From assembly GCA_964574035.1 (NCBI GenBank), contig CAZNLD010000006.1:1-61040 (forward strand): 61,040 bases of DNA. Direction: 5' to 3'. Positions within the stretch are counted from its first letter, which is position 1, and each line of letters opens with the position of its first letter. The notes under the pieces are model-generated. The model ran no database searches. It was not told the origin of the DNA and saw only the letters and a list, made by a program, of their open reading frames with translations. This DNA comes from Candidatus Undinarchaeota archaeon (GTDB lineage Archaea; Undinarchaeota; Undinarchaeia; Undinarchaeales; JALTGF01). The translations under genes were made by a program, and so were the position numbers. Shown one piece after another: positions 1 to 8,820 of this stretch.

Positions 1-31
1 TTTATATCTTACTTACTCTTACTTTTTACAT

Positions 32-601
32 ATGAAACATAATCTCAGAAAAGAACAGAAGGAAAATAGGGATGGTCTTGATAAAAAAGAGCGTTCTGAG
101 AAGAGCAGTAAAATTAAAGAGAAGCTTTTTAAAATGCCTGAATTCAAAGAAGCTGAAACTGTCCTATTTTATTCTTCAATTAAATCTGAAGTTGAAACAG
201 AAGATATGGTTAAGGATGCTCTTAAACTTAAAAAGAAAGTTACTCTGCCGGTTACAAATTCATCGTTCAGAACTCTGAAAGTTTTTGAATTGAAAAATTA
301 TTCTGAGCTTGAACCAGGAACATTTCAGGTTCCTGAACCAAAACAAAAAAACGAATTGGATAAAAAAGACATTGATTTGGTTATAGTTCCTGGGGTTGTT
401 TTTGATTTGAATGGGCATAGAATAGGATACGGTGAAGGCTATTATGACAACTTTTTGAGCAAAATGAATTCCGTTCCAAAAATAGGCTTATCATTTGAGA
501 TTCAGATTGTTGAAGAAATTCCGGCTGAACCGCACGATGTAAAACTTAATAAAATAGTAACTGAAAAGAGGATAATTGACTGCAATGACAAAAAATCTTA
601 A
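32..601 (+). CDS. 5-formyltetrahydrofolate cyclo-ligase
   Basis: Motifs DLVIVPGVVFD, RIGYGEGYYD and EPHDV are typical of the 5-FCL (YgfA/MTHFS) family. Confidence 0.93.
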   Translation: MKHNLRKEQKENRDGLDKKERSEKSSKIKEKLFKMPEFKEAETVLFYSSIKSEVETEDMVKDALKLKKKVTLPVTNSSFRTLKVFELKNYSELEPGTFQVPEPKQKNELDKKDIDLVIVPGVVFDLNGHRIGYGEGYYDNFLSKMNSVPKIGLSFEIQIVEEIPAEPHDVKLNKIVTEKRIIDCNDKKS

Positions 602-1205
602 TATAGCTGTACTGGCTTCAACCAGCGGAACAGATTTACAGGCAATCATTGATGAAATTGAATCCGGGAATCTTGAGAATGTAACTTTAAAATGTGTAAT
701 TGCAAACAAGGACTGCGGAGCTTTGGAAAAGGCAGGAAATGCAGGAATTGAGGGCATTTTAATTAAATCAGAAGGAAAGGAAAGAGAAGAGTTTGATAAA
801 TTAGTTGCAAAGGAACTTGAAAAAAGAGATGTTGAACTTGTTGTTCTTGTCGGCTATATGAGATATCTAAGCAAGTGGTTTGTAAATAAGTATGAAAATC
901 AAATCATGAATGTTCATCCGTCTCTGCTTCCGGCTTTTGCTGGAGGAATGGATTTAAATGTTCACGAAGAAATTTTAAACCACGGCGTCAAGGTAACCGG
1001 CTGTACTATTCATTTTGTTGATGAGGGAAAAGACACCGGTCCTATAATAATTCAGAGATGCATTCCAGTTTTAGAAGATGATACTGAAAAAACTCTGAAA
1101 GAAAAAGTTCAGGCTCTTGAAAAAGAAGCATATCCGGAAGCTATTCGATTATTCAGAGATAATAAATTAAAAGTGAAAGGAAGAAGGGTTAAAATTCTGG
1201 ACTAA
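585..1205 (+). CDS. purN: phosphoribosylglycinamide formyltransferase
   Basis: [47 protein letters not shown]; ATG at 585 chosen as start. Confidence 0.93.
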   Translation: MTKNLNIAVLASTSGTDLQAIIDEIESGNLENVTLKCVIANKDCGALEKAGNAGIEGILIKSEGKEREEFDKLVAKELEKRDVELVVLVGYMRYLSKWFVNKYENQIMNVHPSLLPAFAGGMDLNVHEEILNHGVKVTGCTIHFVDEGKDTGPIIIQRCIPVLEDDTEKTLKEKVQALEKEAYPEAIRLFRDNKLKVKGRRVKILD

Positions 1206-1741
1206 TCTTCCAGAGAAAATCTTCTGACTTTTATTTTGCAGTCTTTTAACATTTTTTCAGCAAGTTTATCTGGGTATTCTCCGTCGTAAATAAGCTCTTT
1301 TATTCCGGCATTAATTATCATTCTGGCGCAGACTGAACATGGTGTATTTGTACAGTACATTGTAGCCCCTTTTATTGAAGTTCCAAAAACTGCCGCCTGG
1401 ATTATTGCATTCTGTTCTGCATGCAGTCCTGTACATAATTCGTGCCTCTGTCCGCTTGGAACATTAAGCTCCTCTCTTAAACAGCCGATTTCGTTGCAGT
1501 GCTTCATTCCTTTTGGATTGCCGTTGTATCCTGTAGTTAAAAGATGTCTGTCCTTGACAATAACTGCTCCTACTTTTCTTCTGGTGCAGGTTGCTCTTTC
1601 CTTAACTAAATGAGCCATCTTCATAAAATATTCATCAGGAGTCGGCCTGCTTTCATCTAAAACGCCTGCGGGCTCTCCACCTTCAAACCAGTTTTCTTTT
1701 TCTACAAATTCATTTAGTTTTTTTTCAAAGTTTTCTGCCAT
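1202..1741 (-). CDS. dCMP deaminase (ComEB-like)
   Basis: [18 protein letters not shown], and zinc deaminase motifs HAEQNA and PCSVC. Confidence 0.92.
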   Translation of the reverse strand: MAENFEKKLNEFVEKENWFEGGEPAGVLDESRPTPDEYFMKMAHLVKERATCTRRKVGAVIVKDRHLLTTGYNGNPKGMKHCNEIGCLREELNVPSGQRHELCTGLHAEQNAIIQAAVFGTSIKGATMYCTNTPCSVCARMIINAGIKELIYDGEYPDKLAEKMLKDCKIKVRRFSLED

Positions 1742-1763
1742 TTTCCTCGTTTATGTTTTTAAG

Positions 1764-2243
1764 TTGAGAAAGTATTTATACTTTGGACATTATTTATTTT
1801 TCATGGTAAAAGAAATAGGCGTATCGTTGGAATTTGATAGTAAAAATGCAGTTAGAGTTAAATTTGAAGATTCTCAGGTAAGTCTTTCTTTTGCAAGCAG
1901 ATATGTAAGGCTTCTTAAGAAATATCATCAGGTTAAGTCAGGAAAAAAAGTAGGCGCTGGCCACGGTCCAATAACTTTTGCTAACTATGAATTGACCAGT
2001 AAAAAATTCGGAGAAATTGCTCTTTTAGTAAGTCCTGGTGTTTTGTATATTGTAACGGGCAAGGCAGAAAATGAAGAGAAGTTTATGGACTTTTTAATAG
2101 CAGCTTTGAAAACACTCCCAGAGGAGGAAACTATTCTCAAAAATTATTCTTTTGATATTGTTTTTAAGAATAACAAATATTTCAAATTTAAGGATATTGA
2201 GGAATACTCAACCCTGGAAAATTATGCATCGCTTGCTGATTAG
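1764..2243 (+). CDS. hypothetical protein (start may be the ATG at 1803)
   Basis: Open frame fills the intergenic gap with typical composition; no motif recognised. Confidence 0.6.
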   Translation: MRKYLYFGHYLFFMVKEIGVSLEFDSKNAVRVKFEDSQVSLSFASRYVRLLKKYHQVKSGKKVGAGHGPITFANYELTSKKFGEIALLVSPGVLYIVTGKAENEEKFMDFLIAALKTLPEEETILKNYSFDIVFKNNKYFKFKDIEEYSTLENYASLAD

Positions 2244-2286
2244 TTTTTTATATAGCTTGAATAACTTAATAAGATAGTTTATTCAT

Positions 2287-2985
2287 ATGTATTATATGGC
2301 TCAGAATTTCAAACCTTCAAATACGATGCTGGTTTTAGTACATCCTGCAACCCTTCTCAATGATTACAGTAGAGATAATACTCAAGGATCTGAAAATTTT
2401 AAAATGCTTGAAAAATTCACGAATGCCTTGCTTAAAAGCGATGTTTTGACTGTTTACTGGATTTATGATGCAAAATGGCATCTGCACTATGAAAAGCATT
2501 TCACTGAATCTTTAGAAAAAGGACCTGATCAGGTTTTCATAGAAAAAAATGTAAATGAAAAAGATAACGATGCAAAAAAGAAAGTGAGATTTTTAGAAAG
2601 AGTATGTAAAGAAGAGAATTGTAATCTTGTCGAAGCCGGCGATACAGCTTTTTTAGCAGAAAAGGTATCTAAATTAATTGATAAAAATGAAATTAAAAAT
2701 GTTTTAATCGCAGGAGGTTATTTAGAAAATTGCATAGCCAAATTTTACAGTGAATTGGAAAAAAGGGTCGGTTCTTCAAAGATTGTTGATTTTATAAAAA
2801 GAGAGGAAGGTGTTTCAGTATATCTCCTAAAAGAATTAACTGCCTCCGATACAATCCCTGAAAATAGAGAAAAATTCTATAAACAATATAAGAAAATTTA
2901 CGATCTTATAGACAAGCATTCTTTTTCTATAGGCAACGACCCTATGAAATTTTATGAGAAATATTTTAAAAAAGAGGATGAGTAA
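2287..2985 (+). CDS. hypothetical protein, possible isochorismatase/cysteine-hydrolase fold
   Basis: N-terminal LVLVHP strand and NVLIAGGYLENCI segment resemble the G-x4-C nucleophile loop. Confidence 0.5.
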   Translation: MYYMAQNFKPSNTMLVLVHPATLLNDYSRDNTQGSENFKMLEKFTNALLKSDVLTVYWIYDAKWHLHYEKHFTESLEKGPDQVFIEKNVNEKDNDAKKKVRFLERVCKEENCNLVEAGDTAFLAEKVSKLIDKNEIKNVLIAGGYLENCIAKFYSELEKRVGSSKIVDFIKREEGVSVYLLKELTASDTIPENREKFYKQYKKIYDLIDKHSFSIGNDPMKFYEKYFKKEDE

Positions 2986-2988
2986 TAT

Positions 2989-3354
2989 ATGACAACAAGA
3001 GTAAGAATTGCTAAAGCTACGGACAAGGGATATGAAGGGCTCCCAGGACCTCTTGTTGAAGATATTGAGCCTCTTGTAATATCTACTGTCAAAGACTTTT
3101 CAGGCGAAACAGATTACCGCCGTGAGCTTCTGTCGCCTCACAATATTGACCGGGGTTACTACCTTATTGTTAATTGCAAGGACAAGGAGACTGCAATTGA
3201 GTTTTCCAAGGAACTTCTTAAAAAAATTGGAAATGAACTTGGGGATGAATACAAGCGAATATATTATATTGGTATTCGTATCGGAGGAGGCTATCTGAGC
3301 AAGGGTGCTTACAGATCAATCAAGGAAGTTGCCCCAGATGATATTAAATCTTAA
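2989..3354 (+). CDS. hypothetical protein
   Basis: 121-aa ORF tightly spaced between co-oriented genes. Confidence 0.6.
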   Translation: MTTRVRIAKATDKGYEGLPGPLVEDIEPLVISTVKDFSGETDYRRELLSPHNIDRGYYLIVNCKDKETAIEFSKELLKKIGNELGDEYKRIYYIGIRIGGGYLSKGAYRSIKEVAPDDIKS

Positions 3355-3359
3355 TTTAA

Positions 3360-3956
3360 ATGAAGAAATTACTCAAACTTGGAGCAGAAGCAGAATTAAC
3401 CAGAAAAGACGGTAGAGTAGTCAAAAAAAGGATTAAAAAAGGATATAGGCTGCTTCAGATTGATTCAAAGCTTAGGAGGGAAAGAACTAGGAGTGAATCT
3501 TCTTTACTTAGTAAAGCAATCAGAGCAAAAGTAAATGTTCCAAGAGTTTTCAAGGTTGATAAAGAAAAAGCAGTAATTGAAATGGAATTTCTTTCTGGAA
3601 AAAGAATTGATTTGGTTCTTTCAAAGGAGCTTTCTAAACAGCTGGGAAGAGAAATTGCAGGACTACATTCAGCCGGCATAATTCACGGCGATTTGACAAC
3701 TTCAAACATTCTGGTTAAAGATGCTGACATATATTTCATTGATTTCGGGCTCGGCGAGTTTTCAAAATCTATTGAAAAGAGAGCAGTCGATTTAAGAGTT
3801 TTAAAGGGGGCTATCAGAGCTAACCACCCAAAAAAAGCGGACCGGTTCAATGAAGAAATTTTGAAGGCATATGAACAGAATATAGAGAACGGCGCCGAAA
3901 TATTAAAAAGGCTTGAGAAAGTAGAAAGCAGAGGGAGGTATAAGAAAAGTAAGTAG
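3360..3956 (+). CDS. bud32: KEOPS complex kinase Bud32
   Basis: GAEA, KKRIKKGYR, IIHGDLTTSN, IDFGL and AVDL motifs. Confidence 0.93.
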   Translation: MKKLLKLGAEAELTRKDGRVVKKRIKKGYRLLQIDSKLRRERTRSESSLLSKAIRAKVNVPRVFKVDKEKAVIEMEFLSGKRIDLVLSKELSKQLGREIAGLHSAGIIHGDLTTSNILVKDADIYFIDFGLGEFSKSIEKRAVDLRVLKGAIRANHPKKADRFNEEILKAYEQNIENGAEILKRLEKVESRGRYKKSK

Positions 3957-3989
3957 TTTGTGGTAAGTAGTAGGTGGTAGGTTGTACTA

Positions 3990-4346
3990 ATGACAGAAAA
4001 TAAAAATGAATGGCACGGCGAATTCAAGCAGGATGAAGATTTATTTGAAGAGCTCCAGAACTTTGCAGAAGAAAAAGAAATTAAAGAAGGATGGTTTTCA
4101 ATAATCGGAGCTGTCAAAAATTCAAAAATTGCCTTTTATAATCAGGAGGAAGAAAAATATCTTTCTATGGAATTAAATGAACCGGGAGAAATTCTGCATT
4201 GTACTGGTAATTTTAGAATGAAAGATGGGAAGCCGTTTGTTCACGCTCATATCACTCTTGGAGCTAAAAATGGAAGTGCCTATGGCGGTCATTTGATGAA
4301 GGCGAAAATTTTTAAGGCCCAGTATTACATTAAGAGGTTCAAATGA
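3990..4346 (+). CDS. PPC/DUF296 domain protein
   Basis: IGAV, EILHCTGN, HAHITLG and GGHL motifs. Confidence 0.88.
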   Translation: MTENKNEWHGEFKQDEDLFEELQNFAEEKEIKEGWFSIIGAVKNSKIAFYNQEEEKYLSMELNEPGEILHCTGNFRMKDGKPFVHAHITLGAKNGSAYGGHLMKAKIFKAQYYIKRFK

Positions 4347-4903
4347 GTAAGGTTTATTTTGCCACTTCTAATCCTTGGAAATACAGGGAGGTTAAGGAAA
4401 AGTTTGAAAAAGCAGGGCTGGAGCTGGGCCAGATTAACATGCAGCTTCTTGAAATTCAGGATGGCGGCCATGAAGAAATTGCCCTGACTTCAGCAAGAGA
4501 TGCTTTTGAAAAGGATAAAAAACCGCTGTTTGTTGAGGATGCAGGTATTCATATAAAATCTTTGAAAGGTTTTCCGGGAGAGTTCAGCGCATATGTTTTT
4601 AAGACCATAGGAATTAATGGAATACTTAAATTAATGGAAAACGTTAAAAACAGGGAAGCCGATTTTATTTCAGTAGTGGCATATAAAGATTCGAAGCAAG
4701 AAAAAGTATTTAAAGCTGTATGTAGAGGTAGTATTACTCATGAAGTTCGTGGTGAGGACGGATTTGGTTATGACCCGATTTTCAAACCAAAAGGGCATGA
4801 CAAAACCTTTGCTCAAGACTATGAATTAAAAAAGAAGCTGTCTCATCGAGTTAAAAGTACGGACATGATACTTGACTGGTTAAAAAATGACAGAAAAAAC
4901 TGA
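4343..4903 (+). CDS. rdgB: non-canonical purine NTP pyrophosphatase (RdgB/HAM1)
   Basis: FATSNPWKYRE, VEDAG, GFPG, GFGYDPIF and SHR motifs. Confidence 0.95.
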   Translation: MSKVYFATSNPWKYREVKEKFEKAGLELGQINMQLLEIQDGGHEEIALTSARDAFEKDKKPLFVEDAGIHIKSLKGFPGEFSAYVFKTIGINGILKLMENVKNREADFISVVAYKDSKQEKVFKAVCRGSITHEVRGEDGFGYDPIFKPKGHDKTFAQDYELKKKLSHRVKSTDMILDWLKNDRKN

Positions 4904-5294
4904 AAAGAAAAGCAAAACAAGTAAAAAGAAGAGTTCCAGCGGAGCTTCTCCTAAAGGAAAGGAAGCTGAGAAACTCGCAGTTAAACTTTCAAAGGAAGGA
5001 AAAAGCCCCGCAAAGATAGGAATTATACTTAGAGATACTTATGGAATTGGCGACATAAAAGAAGAAACTGGTAAAAAACTTACCAAAATTCTGGAAGAAA
5101 ATGATATTAAGCCGGAACTTCCTATTGATTTACAGGATTTGATTGACAGGGCATCAACAATTAGAACTCATTTGGAAGAAAATCCTAAAGACAAAGAGGC
5201 AAAATACGGCCTTCAGAATATTGAATCAAATTTAAGAAAATTAGCAAAGTATTACATAAAGAAAGGAAGAATTCCGGGTGATTGGAGATACTAA
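4887..5294 (+). CDS. rps15p: 30S ribosomal protein uS15 (S13e/S15P)
   Basis: IGIILRDTYGI, PIDLQDLI, HLEENPKD, IESNLRKLAKYY, PGDWRY. Confidence 0.92.
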   Translation: MTEKTEKKSKTSKKKSSSGASPKGKEAEKLAVKLSKEGKSPAKIGIILRDTYGIGDIKEETGKKLTKILEENDIKPELPIDLQDLIDRASTIRTHLEENPKDKEAKYGLQNIESNLRKLAKYYIKKGRIPGDWRY

Positions 5295-5860
5295 TGGCAA
5301 CAAAAACGGTAGATAAGTGGAAAGCAAAGAAATCTTTTGAAATAAAGGCGCCAGAAATGTTTAATAACAGGAAAATAGGCGAGACTTTTTCAGACGACCC
5401 TAAAAAAGTTCCGGGAAGGACCATAAAGGTTGACTATTCCGAGCTTCAGGGGAGAAGATCAAAAAGAACTAAAGTGAAGCTTAATTTTATGATTGATAAA
5501 TTGCAGGGAACTACTGCAACAACTAAATTTTTGGGCCACAATATAGTTTCTGATTTTGAAAGAAGTCTTTCAAGAAAAGGAACTTCCAAGATTTATGTTA
5601 ATCAAAAAATAACTTTGAAAGAAGGAAGGGAGATAAACTTAAAAGCATTTGCAATAACTCTTTCTCAGGTAAGAAAGGCAAAGCAGGAAGATATCAGAAA
5701 AGGACTTATAAAACTTCTTAAGAAAAAAACTAAAGGAAAAACACTTGAAAAACTGATTAATGAAATTCTGACAAATAACTTCGGAAAGAGCATTAAGAAA
5801 GAGCTTTCTAAAGTATATCCTTTGAAATATGTTGTTGTTCAGAAGACAGAAGTAGTTTAA
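5294..5860 (+). CDS. rps3ae: 30S ribosomal protein eS1 (S3Ae)
   Basis: DKWKAK, IKAPEMF, IGET, GRTI and VYPL motifs; ATG overlaps the uS15 stop codon. Confidence 0.9.
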   Translation: MATKTVDKWKAKKSFEIKAPEMFNNRKIGETFSDDPKKVPGRTIKVDYSELQGRRSKRTKVKLNFMIDKLQGTTATTKFLGHNIVSDFERSLSRKGTSKIYVNQKITLKEGREINLKAFAITLSQVRKAKQEDIRKGLIKLLKKKTKGKTLEKLINEILTNNFGKSIKKELSKVYPLKYVVVQKTEVV

Positions 5861-5914
5861 TTGTCTATTTTTCTTAACAAAAACTATTTTAATACCTTTA
5901 TTTACTATATTGTA

Positions 5915-5982
5915 GGGCAATGATGTCGTGAACACCCTCTGATACCGCCCAAAGATGATGAACGGTGGTAGCTGCAGAGCCC
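5915..5982 (+). ncRNA. box C/D methylation guide sRNA (candidate)
   Basis: Terminal stem GGGC/GCCC; C box ATGATG (5920), D' CTGA (5939), C' ATGATGA (5955), D variant CAGA (5975); two guide segments of about 13 nt. Confidence 0.75.
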
Positions 5983-6002
5983 GATAATGATTAAAAGATA
6001 AA

Positions 6003-6545
6003 ATGGTAAAGATATTAGGCAGGAAACACAAATTAGAAGATTTACTTCCAAAACTTGAATCTAATGGTCTTCTAAATGCCCAGAGGCGAGATACAGATTA
6101 TGTCTTTTTTGGATTAAATGTAGATGAAGATGAATTAAAAAAGTTGGATTTTAAAGTTGAGTCTTTTGGTTCTTATGGAATGGCGCACAGAAAGAAAGGC
6201 TGGCACGATTTAAAGTTGTCTTGGAAAATTCTCAATATGAAAACCGGTGAAATTATTGCCCAAAATAAAGGGGCTAAAAAAGAAGATAATCCGGAGTTTG
6301 AATCTTTTAAAGGACTTATATTGGATGGTACAACTACTCATACTTTTGAATCAGAACGGAATACAATCCTAAAAGACATCAATTTGACTCCTCTTTGTTT
6401 ACAAGTATATACTGGCCAAACGACTTTTACTGGTTTTTCGTATCGTATATATGTAAACGATTTATATCTTGAAGCCTCTGCTACAGGCGGAGAAAATGGG
6501 CAGCAAGCAGGGTTTGATTATACTTGCGAGATTAAATCTAATTAA
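6003..6545 (+). CDS. hypothetical protein
   Basis: 180-aa ORF between the C/D sRNA and the hairpin array; no family recognised. Confidence 0.65.
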   Translation: MVKILGRKHKLEDLLPKLESNGLLNAQRRDTDYVFFGLNVDEDELKKLDFKVESFGSYGMAHRKKGWHDLKLSWKILNMKTGEIIAQNKGAKKEDNPEFESFKGLILDGTTTHTFESERNTILKDINLTPLCLQVYTGQTTFTGFSYRIYVNDLYLEASATGGENGQQAGFDYTCEIKSN

Positions 6546-6621
6546 TCTATATACTAAATCACAAAAAAACTTAAATACTTCTACTTATTATAAAATAGCC
6601 CCTCAAAAAGAGGAGATAAAA

Positions 6622-7060
6622 TTGGATCAGGGTGGGAGGCAAATGTACTTTCTTCGGAAAGGAAACTTGTTGGCCTTTGCTTCGGCAAAGAACTACCTTG
6701 ATCCACTCACATCATTGGATTGGTGGGAGACAAAAGTAATAGATTCCTCCTGGGAAAACTAAACTTTTGAACACTACCAATCCACTTAAATTCGGACAGA
6801 TGGGAGAACAAGTGAGTTCTTCGGAACTTAACTGTATATCCCTCTGTCCACTATAAACTTGGACAGGTGGGAGATAGGAAAACTTTCTTCGGAAAGCGGA
6901 CCTGAACTTACCTGTCCACTCAAATTTGGAACGGGTGGGAGAACAAGTGAATCCCCCGCAGGGGATTTAACTGTATCCATCTGTTCCACTCTAATATTGG
7001 ATCAGGGGAGGGAAGCGGACTCCATTATTTTATTGGAATTCCGCTTATCTCTGATCCGCT
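6622..7060 (+). ncRNA. tandem array of six related structured RNA hairpins, unknown class
   Basis: Units start GGA at 6624, 6717, 6794, 6861, 6928 and 6999 and close with TCC(A/G)CT; 10-12 bp basal stems with compensatory changes; GGTGGGAGA-type motif; cUUCGg loops. Confidence 0.75.
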
Positions 7061-7114
7061 GCTTCTGAAAGTTTATCAGTAACTATTTTATACACTGCTT
7101 TCTTAACTGAAGGT

Positions 7115-8479
7115 ATGGATAAGATCCTGTCAAAGGTTCTAAAGAGAACGGTTCCTTCAAAAAAGGAAGAAAAGAAAATTAAAGAGTTTGCTGATTCTGT
7201 AATTTCTAAAATTAATGAATTTGGTTACGATGCCGAGCTTGAGGGTTCTCTTGCAAAAGGCACCTGGAATGCGGGAAGTCATGATGTCGATATCTTCGTA
7301 TTTTTTGATAAGGCGGTTTCGAGAAAAGACCTGGAAAAGAAAGGAGTTAAACTCGGCAAAAAGGTCGTAAGAGAATTTGATGCAGAACCTGAAATTGCTT
7401 ATGCTGAACACCCATATGTAAAAACTGAAATAAATGATTATATTCTTGATATCGTTCCTTGTTATAAACATAAGAGCCTTCACTCTCTTAAATCAGCTGT
7501 TGACAGGACTCCTTTTCATACAGAATATATCAAAAGAAAGCTTTCTGAAAAGCAGAAAAATGAAGTAAGACTTTTGAAGAGATTTATGAAGGGAATCGGC
7601 GTCTATAGTGCCAGAGAGGCAGTCCATGGCTTTTCAGGATATCTATGCGAGCTTCTAATCTTAAAATACGGAACTTTCAAAAAAGTCATCAAAGAAGCTG
7701 AAAGCTGGGGGCGTGGTTTGATAATTGATATAGAATGGTTTTATGATGATGAACAAAAGCTTAAAGAAAAATTCAATCATGCTCTGATAGTTATAGATCC
7801 AATCGATAAAAACAGGAATGTAGCAGCAGCTCTTGAAGAAAATAATTTTGATTTATTTATTTTTGCGGCTTCTGAGTTTTTGAAAAAACCAAAATTTGAA
7901 TTTTTCTATCCAAATGAAGTTGAACCTTTTTCTGAAAAAGAACTAAAAAGAGAACTAAAAAAAAGGAGCCCCATATTTTTAGTAAAATTTAAAGCCCCGG
8001 ATTTAGTTGAAGATACTTTACATGCCCAGATGAGAAGCAGTTTGCATTCATTAACTTCTGCTATTAAAAGGAAAGACTTTGAATTTATCGGTTCCTCTTT
8101 CTTTTTAAATGAAGATGCATTCTTCCTGCTTGATTTAGAATTCGATAAACTTCCGGAAATTGAAAAGTTAGAAGGCCCGCCTACTAATGTTGGAAAAGAA
8201 GCTCAAGATGCTTTCTTAAATAAATATAAAAAGTTTGAGCCCTGGCTTGAAGATGAAAGATGGTATGTAGAAGTTCCAAGAGAGTTTACAAAAGCAGAAT
8301 CTGTTATTAATCATATTTTGAAAAATCCTAGAAATCATGGTTTGGCTAAATCTATTTCAAAGCAGATTAAAAAAGGTTATACTATTATGGAAGATTTTAA
8401 GATTAAATCAGCCTATACATGCGGGTTTGAGAAGTTTTTGACTTCTTATTTAACTAAGAAAAAACCATGGGAATGGTAG
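7115..8479 (+). CDS. cca: CCA-adding enzyme (archaeal class I)
   Basis: GSLAKGTW, DVDIF, YAEHPYV, DIVPCY, SAVDRTPFH, GFSGYLCELL, IDPIDKNRNVAAA. Confidence 0.96.
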   Translation: MDKILSKVLKRTVPSKKEEKKIKEFADSVISKINEFGYDAELEGSLAKGTWNAGSHDVDIFVFFDKAVSRKDLEKKGVKLGKKVVREFDAEPEIAYAEHPYVKTEINDYILDIVPCYKHKSLHSLKSAVDRTPFHTEYIKRKLSEKQKNEVRLLKRFMKGIGVYSAREAVHGFSGYLCELLILKYGTFKKVIKEAESWGRGLIIDIEWFYDDEQKLKEKFNHALIVIDPIDKNRNVAAALEENNFDLFIFAASEFLKKPKFEFFYPNEVEPFSEKELKRELKKRSPIFLVKFKAPDLVEDTLHAQMRSSLHSLTSAIKRKDFEFIGSSFFLNEDAFFLLDLEFDKLPEIEKLEGPPTNVGKEAQDAFLNKYKKFEPWLEDERWYVEVPREFTKAESVINHILKNPRNHGLAKSISKQIKKGYTIMEDFKIKSAYTCGFEKFLTSYLTKKKPWEW

Positions 8480-8608
8480 TTAATAGTCTTCTTCGTAAGA
8501 ATATCCGTCTTCCTCCTCTTCTTTTTCAAAATCTTCTTCTTCCTCGTCTCCCCATAAATCTTCGTCTTCTTCGTCTTCTTCCTCTTCAGGAAATTCGTCG
8601 GCAACCAT
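8480..8608 (-). CDS. small hyper-acidic protein (42 aa, not in the ORF track)
   Basis: MVADEFPEEEEDEEDEDLWGDEEEEDFEKEEEEDGYSYEEDY; GGAGGT Shine-Dalgarno 6 nt upstream of ATG; stop abuts the cca stop. Confidence 0.75.
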   Translation of the reverse strand: MVADEFPEEEEDEEDEDLWGDEEEEDFEKEEEEDGYSYEEDY

Positions 8609-8675
8609 GTGAATACCTCCGGATTAATTGATTGATTGTTGGATAAAATGATTGGTTTATATAGTTTTCTGAACT

Positions 8676-8795
8676 GATAGATGTTCGACATTAGATTATC
8701 GATAATGGTTTTGTTCATGGCTGGCAGATGCTTGTCAATTTCTACAGCTTGTCCATCTGTCGATAGTCGATTATCTATTCTCTATTACCTATTAA
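8676..8795. repeat. degenerate heptamer-flanked dispersed element
   Basis: 7-mer runs (GATAGAT/ATTAGAT/TATCGAT ... TATCTAT/TCTCTAT/TACCTAT) around core CATGGCTGGCAG, similar to the other copies. Confidence 0.5.
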
Positions 8796-8797
8796 TT

Positions 8798-8820
8798 GGT
8801 GGGCCCGGTGAGATTCGAAC
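8798..8820 (-). repeat. 23-bp duplication of the tRNA-Ile 3' end (att-like)
   Basis: GGTGGGCCCGGTGAGATTCGAAC is identical to 9035-9057. Confidence 0.9.

Noticed and set aside
6622-7060. CRISPR array interpretation of the hairpin array
   Set aside because: There is no invariant 24-47 bp repeat, the variable parts are self-complementary and partly shared between units 3 and 5, and no cas genes are in the window
6622-7060. tRNA, 5S rRNA or canonical H/ACA interpretation
   Set aside because: No T-loop or anticodon arms. The resemblance to 5S is only a few short words. Stems are followed by ACU rather than ACA, with no clear K-turn, and pocket-to-box spacing looks too long. A partial complementarity of unit 4 to 23S helix 93 (from memory) is also explained by internal pairing.
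6469-7068. ORFs 6469-6762 and 6859-7068
   Set aside because: TTG starts, no protein-like motifs, and they overlap a region better explained as structured RNA
8798-8820. Split tRNA half or tmRNA-like 3' end
   Set aside because: The copy starts within the T loop with no 5' T-stem strand, no complementary leader and no separate acceptor 5' strand, so it fits an att-like duplication better
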